This document shows, piece by piece, positions 29,182 to 37,989 of a stretch of 64,000 nt of DNA; positions within the stretch are counted from its first letter, which is position 1; every line of letters starts with the position of its first letter. Under the pieces are notes generated by a model. That model did not search any database, was not told the origin of the DNA, and saw only the letters and a list, made by a program, of their open reading frames with translations. The DNA comes from a virus, in the IMG/VR virus record IMGVR_UViG_3300045988_058602, positions 90,765-154,764 of that record; one strand, 5' to 3'. A program made the position numbers and the translations under genes.

Positions 29182-29563
29182 TAGGAATCCAGGTTACAAT
29201 ACTATTACTGTCTACTGGCTTTCCTCCCTTAATAGTGCAAACAGTAATATGAGGGTTGGCATTTGCACAAGGTAACTGTGGATCTCCAATAGTAACTCTG
29301 AAAGCTATAGCTTTATCAGAAAAGCCAATTCCGTCAATTGTTATACGATGCATTTCAAATGGGCCTCTTCTAATATATCCTCTTAAGGCTTCAAATATCT
29401 CTTCATCACCTTGACTACTATGAAGCAAGGTACAATGGTCTAGATACAGAGTACTCCCTCTTTGGAACACCAAATTAGATACAATAGGGTTATCAATGAT
29501 AACTCTCAAAAGTGCATTTCTATCTTTCTCAGAAAGAAATAATCCAAAATACTGATATTTCAT
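29141..29563 (-). CDS. 2H phosphoesterase superfamily protein (LigT / cyclic phosphodiesterase-like)
   Basis: Two H-x-T/S-x motifs: DHCTLLHS and NPHITVCT. Confidence 0.5.
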   Translation of the reverse strand: MKYQYFGLFLSEKDRNALLRVIIDNPIVSNLVFQRGSTLYLDHCTLLHSSQGDEEIFEALRGYIRRGPFEMHRITIDGIGFSDKAIAFRVTIGDPQLPCANANPHITVCTIKGGKPVDSNSIVTWIPIAGFDVYGQLKMV

Positions 29564-29583
29564 ATTTTCTACATTTTAGTTAG

Positions 29584-29657
29584 TGGGCCTGGCCGGGATT
29601 GAACCGACGACCTTGACATTATGAGTGTCCTGCTCTAACCGACTGAGCTACAGGCCC
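29584..29657 (-). tRNA. tRNA-Met(CAT), copy 3
   Basis: GGGCCTGTAGCTCAGTCGGTTAGAGCAGGACACTCATAATGTC..., T-loop TTCAATC. Confidence 0.65.
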
Positions 29658-29669
29658 TAAATAGGTTTC

Positions 29670-29948
29670 TTATTCTCTTTCTAATAAATCCTCTTCATAA
29701 ACGTATTCTACTAATAATTCATCATTTCCGAATACCATTATTTGTAGTACTACAAGTTTACGTGTAGAGTTTTTAGTTAGCCTAGGAGAATCAGAGAGTA
29801 CACACTCAGACATTGGAGACCTAGCATGAAATCTAACAAAATTACTTCTAGGATGAGACCTCTGAATTATTCCAGTACTAGGTGCATTAAGAGATACTTT
29901 ACTTGTAATATCTCCAATATTAAAAGAAGTTACGTTAAGCATAAGCAC
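29670..29948 (-). CDS. hypothetical protein (92 aa)
   Basis: Intact ORF. Confidence 0.35.
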   Translation of the reverse strand: MLMLNVTSFNIGDITSKVSLNAPSTGIIQRSHPRSNFVRFHARSPMSECVLSDSPRLTKNSTRKLVVLQIMVFGNDELLVEYVYEEDLLERE

Positions 29949-30144
29949 TTATTGATTTACACTTAAATATTACAGTTTTACCAATGATATCGTCAGGCTT
30001 TATATTGAACCTAGCGAACTCTTGGATTAGTTTCTCCATGTCCTTCTCAGAATATGTTTCTCCAATAACTCTCATATTATCTAGAGAAGTTTGGAAGTTC
30101 TTTAGTAATTCTGTAAGTAAACAGCCATTAATTATTACTTTCAT
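29935..30144 (-). CDS. hypothetical protein (69 aa)
   Basis: Intact ORF. Confidence 0.35.
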   Translation of the reverse strand: MKVIINGCLLTELLKNFQTSLDNMRVIGETYSEKDMEKLIQEFARFNIKPDDIIGKTVIFKCKSISAYA

Positions 30145-30463
30145 TTCACTACAATTTGTTCTTCAGATTTTAATTTAGCTGGAGCATCAAAATGTAACTT
30201 ACCACATCTTACACACCAACAAACTCCAAATGAATTTTCTCTCACTTTACATCTGCCTTTCTCACAGATTTTAACTACTTTTCTGTAATTCTCCTTATCC
30301 ATAATTATATAATTTAGAAATACAGCCTTACTACCCCTATGTTCCTAGTTATTCTTTAGCTAGCTTTAGATTATTACTAGGTAATACCGCAACGGATTTA
30401 TTCAGCTGACTTTACCGCCTCTTGGTATGCAAGGCTAGGTCTCCCTAGCGAAGCTGTATTTAG

Positions 30464-30535
30464 TTGGGCTACCAGGACTCGAACCTGGACTCTCAGAACC
30501 AAAATCTGATGTGACTACCATTACACCATAGCCCA
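30464..30535 (-). tRNA. tRNA-Gln(TTG)
   Basis: U1-A72 acceptor TGGGCTA/TAGCCCA, D-arm TGGTGTAATGGTAG, anticodon loop TTTTGGT. Confidence 0.65.
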
Positions 30536-30598
30536 GTTTAGCTTAACTATTCTCTCGAACCGTTAAGCCCATATTTACCATGAAAAACACACAATGCG

Positions 30599-30675
30599 TG
30601 GGACGAGGCAGGATCGAACTGCCGCTATCGTCCTGGATTTTCAGTCCAGCGCTCTACCAACTGAGCTATCGTCCC
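30599..30675 (-). tRNA. tRNA-Phe(GAA)
   Basis: GGGACGATAGCTCAGTTGGTAGAGCGCTGGACTGAAAATCCAG..., perfect acceptor. Confidence 0.65.
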
Positions 30676-30681
30676 ATGTAA

Positions 30682-30921
30682 TTAGATACTCAAATCTAAT
30701 ACATTTTTGTTCCACCAGTTAGTTAAATCTTGTAAAGAAAACTTAAATACAGTTTCAAAGTCTTCTACAGAAACAACTTCCTCTCCTATCTCTCCAGCCC
30801 ACATCCAACATGCTTTTGTCTCTTCTAAGGAAATGGGTTCTTCCGTAAGCCATGTATCATGCAGTAACATATCCATGAATGGCTTATGTAGTGATGCAAA
30901 TATTCTAATCTTCTCTTCCAT
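30682..30921 (-). CDS. hypothetical protein (79 aa)
   Basis: Intact ORF. Confidence 0.4.
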   Translation of the reverse strand: MEEKIRIFASLHKPFMDMLLHDTWLTEEPISLEETKACWMWAGEIGEEVVSVEDFETVFKFSLQDLTNWWNKNVLDLSI

Positions 30922-30938
30922 AACAATGTTTATTTAAG

Positions 30939-31023
30939 CGGAGGCAGCTGGATTCGAACCAGCGGGACCCGAAGGCCCTCCGTCTTAGCAGGACGGTGGT
31001 TTAAGCCACTCACCCATACCTCC
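30939..31023 (-). tRNA. tRNA-Ser(GCT), class II
   Basis: Anticodon stem CCGTC/GACGG, loop CTGCTAA, variable arm GGGCCTTCGGGTCCC. Confidence 0.65.
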
Positions 31024-31084
31024 AGATTGCAAAGGGGCTTTTGTTATACTTTACTAGAGAATTGTAAAGCCCCTTTGCTATGAA

Positions 31085-32893
31085 TTACTTCACTTCTTCA
31101 AACTCAGTTGTTTTGCTTTCAATCTGATTCTTTCCCAGTACACTCTTAACAGTGTCTGCGAAAGGAATCGAGCGAAGCAGGTCAAATGCAGGATTCAAAC
31201 TTTCAGCTGTTTTAGCCATGAAATTACCAGCGGTATTCTCGTTACCATAAACAGTAACCTGTCCAAGGTGAACGTGTTCAAACATCTGAGCAGATGCTTC
31301 TGCAATACCTGTCAACTGGTCAACTGTCTTGTACTGAACCACCATTTCAGGAGTCAAGCCAGATTCAATCATCTTCTGGACTGCCAGAGCAGGAGCCATT
31401 TCAATAGCCTGGACTTTATCAGCCTCAGCCATCAAAGATGCTCTCTTACCCTCAGCTTCAGCAAGCAGTTTCTTTCTTGTACCTTCAGCTTCGGCTTCTA
31501 GCTGCAACTTTGTAGCATTCGCTTTAGCTTCTGCTTCTTTCAGAATTTCAGCAGCCTTAGCTTCTGCTTCAAGTACAGCTTTCTGCTTAACAGCTTCTGC
31601 TTCAATCGTGATACGTTCCTTCTCCTTTTGAGCAGGAACAATCGTCTCAGCATGAAGCTTAGCTTCCATAGCCAATGCAGCTGCTTCGTTTACTTCCAGT
31701 TGCTTTTCTTGCTTAGTTTTCTCGATAGTCATTTGAGCTTCTACCTTAGAAGTTCCTGCTACCTTTTCAGCTTCAGCCTTAGCTTTCTCGGCCTCTCCCT
31801 TAGCTTTAGAGACTTCAATTGTGGCATTTTGTTCTGCCACTCCTGCAATCTTATCAGCTTCAGCTGCCTTTACACGCTTGTCTGACTCATACTTAGCAAC
31901 TGCAGCTTCCTGTTCGTTAATTGCCTTTTGCGTCTCAGCTTCCTGTTTTTGTTTAGCCTGAGCAATACGAGTTTGTTTCTCTGCTTCTGCTTCTGCTTTC
32001 TTAGAGTCAGCTTCTGCTTTAGCCTTAGCTACATTAGCCTCAGCCAGTGATTCAGACTCTGCTCTGTTAGAATCGGCTTCTGCTTGAGCTTTAGCTATAG
32101 CTGAAATTTTCTCAGCTTCTGCTTTAGCTTTCTCTGATTCCGCTGCAGTATTAGCTTTAGCAATATTGGCAGCTTGTTCAGCTTTCTGATTAGCAATACC
32201 TGATTGCTTATTCTTCTCAGCTTCTGCAAGTTTGATTTCCTTCTCCTGGTTAATCTCTGCCACACGAACCTCTTGCTCTTGTCTAGTCTGAGCAACAGTA
32301 GTTTCACGCTCTTTCTCAGCGTCTGCTACAGCAATTTCACGTTGCTTGTTGGTTTCTGCAATCTGAATATCTCCTTTCTTTTTCTCTTCTGCAATGTCAG
32401 CCTGTGCCTGAGCAAGAGCTTTAGTTGCAGCTTTCTGACCTAGATTCTTGATATAGTTTGCATCATCCGAAATATCGGCATTGTTAATGTTGATAATACT
32501 GAAACCTACCTTATTCAACTCGGTCTCAATATTCTCCTTAGCTTTGCCGATAAACTTGATTCTGTCAGCGTTAATTTCCTCAATCGTCATCGTAGCCATC
32601 AAGCTTCTCACTTCACCAATGAGAATATCCTTGATTTGGTCTGAGATTTCAGAAGTTTTAGCTGTTAAGAATCTACTTGCAGCATTTTGCATTAATGTTT
32701 GAGTAGTTCCGATACCAGTGGTCAATGTTACAGGAATAGTTACCTTAATCATTTGACTGGAAACACCAGTAACATTTACTTGAATTTGGATAGGTTTCAA
32801 GGACATTTTAGCCCAGTCTTGAATTACTGGCATTACGAATGTACCTCCACCATGAATGATTTTGGACGGCAGCATCAAATGGAATAATCCCAT
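31085..32893 (-). CDS. flotillin-like SPFH-domain protein with a long Ala/Glu/Lys coiled coil
   Basis: 602 aa with an N-terminal band-7-like core and about 300 aa of AEAEK-type repeats. Confidence 0.65.
   Translation of the reverse strand: MGLFHLMLPSKIIHGGGTFVMPVIQDWAKMSLKPIQIQVNVTGVSSQMIKVTIPVTLTTGIGTTQTLMQNAASRFLTAKTSEISDQIKDILIGEVRSLMATMTIEEINADRIKFIGKAKENIETELNKVGFSIININNADISDDANYIKNLGQKAATKALAQAQADIAEEKKKGDIQIAETNKQREIAVADAEKERETTVAQTRQEQEVRVAEINQEKEIKLAEAEKNKQSGIANQKAEQAANIAKANTAAESEKAKAEAEKISAIAKAQAEADSNRAESESLAEANVAKAKAEADSKKAEAEAEKQTRIAQAKQKQEAETQKAINEQEAAVAKYESDKRVKAAEADKIAGVAEQNATIEVSKAKGEAEKAKAEAEKVAGTSKVEAQMTIEKTKQEKQLEVNEAAALAMEAKLHAETIVPAQKEKERITIEAEAVKQKAVLEAEAKAAEILKEAEAKANATKLQLEAEAEGTRKKLLAEAEGKRASLMAEADKVQAIEMAPALAVQKMIESGLTPEMVVQYKTVDQLTGIAEASAQMFEHVHLGQVTVYGNENTAGNFMAKTAESLNPAFDLLRSIPFADTVKSVLGKNQIESKTTEFEEVK
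31440..32460 (-). repeat. intragenic degenerate tandem repeat (gcttctgcttcagc-like units) encoding the flotillin coiled coil
   Basis: Visible periodic GCTTCTGC/AGCTTT units on the plus strand. Confidence 0.5.
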
Positions 32894-33011
32894 CTCTGGT
32901 ATTCCTAGTAGCTTCTAGTTCACTAGTTGGACCTGAACAACTGAACAGTAGTATAAGTCCTAACGAAATGATTGTTAACTTTTTCATAATCTAATTTATT
33001 AATTAAAATAG

Positions 33012-33084
33012 CATAGGATAAAGGATTCGAACCCTTACTTTCGGTTTTGGAGACCGACGTGCTAACCGTTAACACTAATCCTAT
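33012..33084 (-). tRNA. tRNA-Trp(CCA)
   Basis: Perfect acceptor ATAGGAT/ATCCTAT, anticodon loop CTCCAAA. Confidence 0.65.
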
Positions 33085-33090
33085 AGATTG

Positions 33091-33181
33091 AGGAGGCAGT
33101 GGGACTCCAACCCACACATCGCTGTTACACGATTACTGGCAGTTTTCAAGACTGCTGCCTTAGCAATTAGGCTTATACCTC
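33091..33181 (-). tRNA. tRNA-Ser(TGA), class II
   Basis: Anticodon stem GCAGT/ACTGC, loop CTTGAAA, about 22-nt variable arm, T-loop TTGGAGT. Confidence 0.55.
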
Positions 33182-33183
33182 CA

Positions 33184-33369
33184 TTATAATGAAACCTTAT
33201 ATTTATCCCAATCACTGGTTAATGTCAAGGCTCCTTTAACATTTATTTCACTTGAGGGAATCTCATACATGTCCCCAGTTATAACTACTACAAATACTAC
33301 ATCACAAGTAGAATTATCAAAATGTCTAATCTTAGAATCTCCAGATGAACCTCCGCAATTCTTCAACAA
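33184..33369 (-). CDS. hypothetical protein (61 aa)
   Basis: Short ORF. Confidence 0.3.
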   Translation of the reverse strand: MLKNCGGSSGDSKIRHFDNSTCDVVFVVVITGDMYEIPSSEINVKGALTLTSDWDKYKVSL

Positions 33370-33737
33370 GACTTCATAATTTCCACTCTTTACCTAATGT
33401 TGAGTAGTTTTAACTGATACTCTCTTCAAACCCTCTTTATCTACTACAATGTCATATTTCTATGTATCATTCAAGGGAATTAGGACCGGAATGCAATGAG
33501 CAGTATAGTATGCTATAGCTCTTCCTAGTCCTAAATTTCCTTGATGAGATTTATACTAACTTTCCCAAGCGTTCATTTTTACAAAATTTGTATTAGATTT
33601 TCATCTTTACGATTACATTAAACCTGACTCTGCCACCCTTCCAAAAGCTAGTCTTACGACTAGCCAAGAATCATACAAAGAAGCACTAATACACAGAATA
33701 TAGCTAGAATACACCAGCCTATAGCCTGGACTGCTCC

Positions 33738-34217
33738 TCAGCCAAATATACAAATCATTGAAGCTATGAAGAACACTGCTCCTCCGACTACACTTATCCA
33801 ACCTCCAGCATCCTCATCGTTTTTAGATAGCTTGCCTCGACCAGTTAGAAGCATAAATAAGGATATTCCTAATAGGAGTATGCCTACTATAACTCCAGCT
33901 ATTTCTTTGTAAAGAAGTTTCCATACTACAATAGTTATTGCTGTCTGCCCTAGACTAGAATCTGCTATTCTTATAGCGGAATCTTCTACTGCTTTCAAGG
34001 TTTCATTAACTGCTACGCCAATTTCCTTGCCAAGATTTGCATACTCAGAAACTTCCTTGATTTCGCCTTTTACAGCTTTCTCTGTAGTAAGTTTCTCAAT
34101 TTGAGTCTTAGTTTCTCCAGGCAACTTATCATAGTCTTCTTGTGAGATAGTTATCTGAGAAAAAGCTGCTACGCTCATCCAGAGCATAGCAAACATAAGT
34201 ATAAAGAATTTCTTCAT
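33738..34217 (-). CDS. membrane protein with signal peptide (159 aa)
   Basis: Signal peptide MKKFFILMFAMLWMSVAAFS plus C-terminal TM helices. Confidence 0.45.
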   Translation of the reverse strand: MKKFFILMFAMLWMSVAAFSQITISQEDYDKLPGETKTQIEKLTTEKAVKGEIKEVSEYANLGKEIGVAVNETLKAVEDSAIRIADSSLGQTAITIVVWKLLYKEIAGVIVGILLLGISLFMLLTGRGKLSKNDEDAGGWISVVGGAVFFIASMICIFG

Positions 34218-34532
34218 TTAATCTTTGATTCTTAATTGTTCAACCGAAATGTAAAGTCTGTCTGCAACTTCTTTTAGAGTGAGCTCTACTATTGGTTTTC
34301 CTTCCCAGACGAGCTGTCTATCTCCAATCTCTAGTTTACGAGCCTCACGTGGATATGTACGGTCGTACACCCTAGTTATCCTCCACATTTCTGCATCCTC
34401 TACTGGGCACCAGTGATCTACTCCACAAAGGCACAGGCCGCTTGTACTTCCAACTACAAGACATAACTCACCACAGTACTCTACCAACATTCCAGACTTA
34501 ATGTCTTCTTTTCTCAAGTATTTCTTATTCAT
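34218..34532 (-). CDS. hypothetical protein (104 aa)
   Basis: Intact ORF. Confidence 0.45.
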   Translation of the reverse strand: MNKKYLRKEDIKSGMLVEYCGELCLVVGSTSGLCLCGVDHWCPVEDAEMWRITRVYDRTYPREARKLEIGDRQLVWEGKPIVELTLKEVADRLYISVEQLRIKD

Positions 34533-34544
34533 TTTTTTAGAATT

Positions 34545-35105
34545 TTAGTCTAACCATTCAAATTCTTCACCCTTGAAATGTCTTGCAAAACAAGCATCGA
34601 ACACTAGCTTTCCAAACTGGGTTGATACGTATTTGGCAATTTCTTCAGATTTGCACGCAAGCATCCCGACAAAGGAACCGGCATGGCCGACGCCACTGTC
34701 AGAATCGAAAGAGCCGAGACCCGCATCGCCGCCAATAAGCGCGCAGCCGCCTACCAACGCGAATTTCTCGCCCTGATAACGGAAGTGACCAATGACCTCT
34801 GCATCCTTCGGAACTGATTTCATTCTAAAGAAGCGAACCCAAGGATACCATACAGTTCCAGTCAGCAGATTGAACTTGTGCTTTTCGTTCAGCGCATCCA
34901 GAATTGTTTGCAACTTAGCTAGAGCCTTTACAGATTCAGTGTAATGGATTTCACTATTAAATAAGTACCCAAGATAGTCTCTAGCGTCCTCATAGGTCTT
35001 TATTCGTCCCATAATATTCTCTGGAACAATTTCAACATTACCTGTTTTGGCATTGTAGATAGGCTTGTAGCCATCTGGACATTCAATTTCAATAGTTCTT
35101 TTCAT
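34545..35105 (-). CDS. remote DGR target protein (186 aa) carrying a second variable repeat
   Basis: aa 116-148 GGCALIGGDAGLGSFDSDSGVGHAGSFVGML parallel the tail-fibre VR peptide GGGANYGGGAGLGSFDSSNGVGGAFSYVGF. Confidence 0.6.
   Translation of the reverse strand: MKRTIEIECPDGYKPIYNAKTGNVEIVPENIMGRIKTYEDARDYLGYLFNSEIHYTESVKALAKLQTILDALNEKHKFNLLTGTVWYPWVRFFRMKSVPKDAEVIGHFRYQGEKFALVGGCALIGGDAGLGSFDSDSGVGHAGSFVGMLACKSEEIAKYVSTQFGKLVFDACFARHFKGEEFEWLD
34659..34760 (-). repeat. DGR variable repeat 2 (VR2, remote, opposite strand)
   Basis: GC-rich island. Its reverse complement ggtaggcggctgcgcgcttattggcggcgatgcgggtctcggctctttcgattctgacagtggcgtcggccatgccggttcctttgtcggg aligns to the TR. Mismatches fall almost only where the TR has A. 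Confidence 0.75.
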
Positions 35106-35134
35106 TTGTTATAATATTTAATAAAACATGATTA

Positions 35135-35208
35135 GGGTGTTATAGCGGACTCGAACCGCTGACCTCTACAGCCACAATGTAGCGTTCTGCCAACTGAACT
35201 AATAACAC
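35135..35208 (-). tRNA. tRNA-His(GTG) with an extra 5' G-1
   Basis: G-1 then GTGTTAT/ATAACAC; anticodon stem CTACA/TGTAG, loop TTGTGGC; C73. Confidence 0.65.
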
Positions 35209-35215
35209 CATCAAA

Positions 35216-35665
35216 TTATTTAAGTAATGGCGATAACTTTTTACCAAGAATCTTTACCGCCTTCTGCGCATCAGCCACAGTTTTGAAATAAACAACACCT
35301 GGATATTTTACATTCTGATGCATACCAACATATACTCCTTTTATATCGGTTTCTGTCTTCCCAGATAGAGAAGAACCTCTTCCAAGGAAATAGCCGTTGT
35401 TACTCTCCGTTTTATTCCAACCGTTGTTTAAGTAATTAGCTACTATTTGTAGACAAATTAGAGACTTAGTTTGCTCTGATGCCCCTAAAGGTAAAAATAG
35501 CACATCCCAATTCTTTTCAGATTCTAATATTTCTCCAAGAGAAGGGACTAGAACTTCTTCACTAAATGCAGTAAGAGCTAACTTTTTCAAGTCTTCATTA
35601 CCACTCTCATACCATTTACGTGCCTGTTCTAAAGTTACTTCAAGGCAAGCTTTTGTTTTATTCAT
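35216..35665 (-). CDS. hypothetical protein (149 aa)
   Basis: Intact ORF. Confidence 0.45.
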   Translation of the reverse strand: MNKTKACLEVTLEQARKWYESGNEDLKKLALTAFSEEVLVPSLGEILESEKNWDVLFLPLGASEQTKSLICLQIVANYLNNGWNKTESNNGYFLGRGSSLSGKTETDIKGVYVGMHQNVKYPGVVYFKTVADAQKAVKILGKKLSPLLK

Positions 35666-35666
35666 T

Positions 35667-35909
35667 TTATTTATTAGTTTTTAATGGACACCAATCTGGA
35701 ATTAATACCTTTTCATAAGGTCTTAACATTCCTTCAATTAATTTATTAGCCTCTTTACAGAATGCTTTCTCGTCATCATCATTGAACCAGTCGTCAGGAT
35801 CTGGGTCAGGATAGATTCTGCAGTTAGGACATTCTCTACACTGCTTAATTTCTTTTTGGAATACTACACTAGTACCAGATTTCTGGCAAGTATCCTTCTC
35901 CGTACTCAT
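35667..35909 (-). CDS. Cys-rich small protein (80 aa)
   Basis: CQKSG...CRECPNC...WCP. Confidence 0.4.
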   Translation of the reverse strand: MSTEKDTCQKSGTSVVFQKEIKQCRECPNCRIYPDPDPDDWFNDDDEKAFCKEANKLIEGMLRPYEKVLIPDWCPLKTNK

Positions 35910-36139
35910 AATTTGTCATTTTGTAATTTTGTAATTTCTTTAAATTCGTTTATAACTGTTTTTATAAATGGTTTAATATCAAATAATAGTATTACAATAA
36001 CAAATATAGTATTTATTACTGGTAATGCCATTATTGCGAGTCTTCTAACTGTAACAAATCGTTCATTTACTGCCATATAAAGGCCAACTATGTACGTGCT
36101 TATTACGTATATAAATGCTGAATATACAAATATCATCAT
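35906..36139 (-). CDS. small membrane protein (77 aa)
   Basis: Two TM helices. Confidence 0.35.
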   Translation of the reverse strand: MMIFVYSAFIYVISTYIVGLYMAVNERFVTVRRLAIMALPVINTIFVIVILLFDIKPFIKTVINEFKEITKLQNDKL

Positions 36140-36157
36140 AATATATTGAAATTAGTG

Positions 36158-36241
36158 TGGGATTGGGAGGACTCGAACCTCCAGTCTCAAAAGAGAGCAG
36201 ATTTACAGTCTGCGCGGCTACCAATTACCGGTTACAATCCC
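36158..36241 (-). tRNA. tRNA-Tyr(GTA), class II, copy 1
   Basis: Acceptor GGGATTG/CAATCCC, anticodon stem GCAGA/TCTGC, loop CTGTAAA, variable hairpin TCTC-TTTT-GAGA. Confidence 0.6.
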
Positions 36242-36454
36242 GAATCGACCTAGTAGAGAACCCTGGTTTCCTCATTTAAATATGACTAACCTATATGCAG
36301 TGGGTATACATATTTCTAAAATCCATATCCTAGGTCTCGCTAATAGGGTTTTATTCATAGATAGATTGATAATAATCTATCCAATAGTCTGCCTGCATAT
36401 CTTCGAAGATTTCTTTGAGTTCTTCATCAGATAGCCCTTCATATTTGTCTTCCA

Positions 36455-36826
36455 TTATATCTTTCTCCTATTAAATAGTCTAAAATATTCGTCAGAATAT
36501 ACGCTGCATAAGTCCTTATACTTTTTTGGCATAGGATAATCAAAGTCATCAAATGCAGACTCTTTAATAAATCCATCATGTAGAGCCATATTTGCTGTGG
36601 TAACAGCAATATTACAATTACGCTCCTTTCCCCAGTCAACAATGTTACTCATAACACTATTAAAGTATTCTGTATCATTATCTACTTGGAGATAGATTTC
36701 CACTCTGCAAATTGCAGGATTTTTGAATCCTTGTCTACCTTGTCTAAGAGTTATCTTAGATACGAAATTCAAGTCTAGCAAATCTGCTATTCTATCCTTA
36801 GCTACAATTCTAGAAATTCTTATCAT
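36455..36826 (-). CDS. hypothetical protein (123 aa)
   Basis: Intact ORF. Confidence 0.4.
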   Translation of the reverse strand: MIRISRIVAKDRIADLLDLNFVSKITLRQGRQGFKNPAICRVEIYLQVDNDTEYFNSVMSNIVDWGKERNCNIAVTTANMALHDGFIKESAFDDFDYPMPKKYKDLCSVYSDEYFRLFNRRKI

Positions 36827-36853
36827 CTTTTGGTAAGTTATTTTACATAATTG

Positions 36854-36937
36854 TGGGATAGGTAGGATTCGAACCTACTAAGCCTAAAGGCAACGGATTT
36901 ACAGTCCGTCCCAACTCTCCATCGTTGGCGCTATCCC
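36854..36937 (-). tRNA. tRNA-Tyr(GTA)-like, class II, copy 2
   Basis: Acceptor GGGATAG/CTATCCC, anticodon stem ACGGA/TCCGT, loop CTGTAAA, unusual 5-bp D-stem. Confidence 0.5.
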
Positions 36938-37149
36938 ATAAAGCAATTAACAGATTTGTTCTAATTAACATAGCTACTACAATTCTTCCTCTTGGCACCC
37001 CAAGTCCTCTAGTAGCTAATAGCCGCACTAGTGCGTGGTAACAATTTTAAGGGAACTCACCTCTGTTAATTGGAGTAATCAGGGATTCATCTAAAAGGCA
37101 CCCTACAGTCCTAATTGCTGTACTAATAGTGAATGTTGATTACTTCTTG

Positions 37150-37222
37150 TCTGGATAGCAGGACTCGAACCTGCGGTCTCTACATCCCAAATGTAGCATC
37201 TTACCAACTCGACTATACCCAG
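37150..37222 (-). tRNA. tRNA-Pro(TGG)
   Basis: Anticodon stem CTACA/TGTAG, loop TTTGGGA, T-loop TTCGAGT. Confidence 0.6.
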
Positions 37223-37375
37223 ATGCAAACACGTGTTTCACAACAAATGTTTACTAGCGGAATAAAAGAAAAAGACTTCCCTATTAATAGGGAATTATTT
37301 CTCTATCTTAGAGAAAGTATAATTTAATCTTTCTATAGATATGATGCAATCTTTTGCAAAGTTTATACCTTTTGT

Positions 37376-37588
37376 CTAATTATTAGCTGGAGGTTCCTCC
37401 CTAATAGTAATAGAATTTCTATTAGCAACATCACATTCTGGAAATATATAGATGTTATGAAGGTCGCAACATATCATAATATCTATTTCATCCTCGTTGT
37501 ATTTGTGAACGGTCCCTTTGTTATAATTATTACTTGTTAAACTAAAGTTCAACGAGTTATTTACAGTTTTACTCGCAGTAGTTTTCAC
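37376..37588 (-). CDS. hypothetical protein (70 aa)
   Basis: Short ORF. Confidence 0.3.
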   Translation of the reverse strand: MKTTASKTVNNSLNFSLTSNNYNKGTVHKYNEDEIDIMICCDLHNIYIFPECDVANRNSITIREEPPANN

Positions 37589-37777
37589 CTAAGTTCTGTA
37601 AAACTTGTTATTATAATATATAACAAAATCAAATGGTAGATTGTCAGACATTGGTAATAAAATATCTAATCCATATTTTGATAATTCACCAATGGCTATA
37701 CGCTCTCCTATTTCTCCGAGCTACTTTTTGTTTCTTAATTCGTCTACATTTATCATAGCTTAATTATTTAAAGTTGG

Positions 37778-37848
37778 TTCTCCCTAAGAGAGTCGAACTC
37801 TTGTCTTTCGATTAAAAGTCGAAAGCTCTACCGTTGAGCTAAGGGAGA
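37778..37848 (-). tRNA. tRNA-Lys(TTT)
   Basis: Perfect acceptor TCTCCCT/AGGGAGA, anticodon stem TTCGA/TCGAA, loop CTTTTAA. Confidence 0.65.
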
Positions 37849-37855
37849 ATAATAG

Positions 37856-37927
37856 TCTTTCCTTCCAGATTCGAACTGGAATTATCTGTTTAGAAGACAG
37901 AGGTTCTATCCATTGAACTAAGGAAAG
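37856..37927 (-). tRNA. tRNA-Arg(TCT)
   Basis: Acceptor CTTTCCT/AGGAAAG, D-stem GTTC/GAAC, anticodon stem TCTGT/ACAGA, loop CTTCTAA. Confidence 0.6.
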
Positions 37928-37989
37928 GATAACTAAGAGTTTGCCTACTATTATATAGTATAATCTAGATTTCTCTTAGTTAAGAATTG

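Noticed and set aside
19-32887. Plus-strand ORFs antisense to the minus-strand genes, including those overlapping tRNAs
   Set aside because: They are nested in the opposite strand of longer, better-supported genes or tRNAs, have low-complexity composition, and are typical spurious six-frame calls.
32923-33117. ORF-track gene MWVGVPLPP... as a real CDS
   Set aside because: It overlaps tRNA-Trp and the 5' end of tRNA-Ser on the same strand. The genuine small ORF nearby is the lipoprotein signal peptide in another frame, at about 32811-32987.
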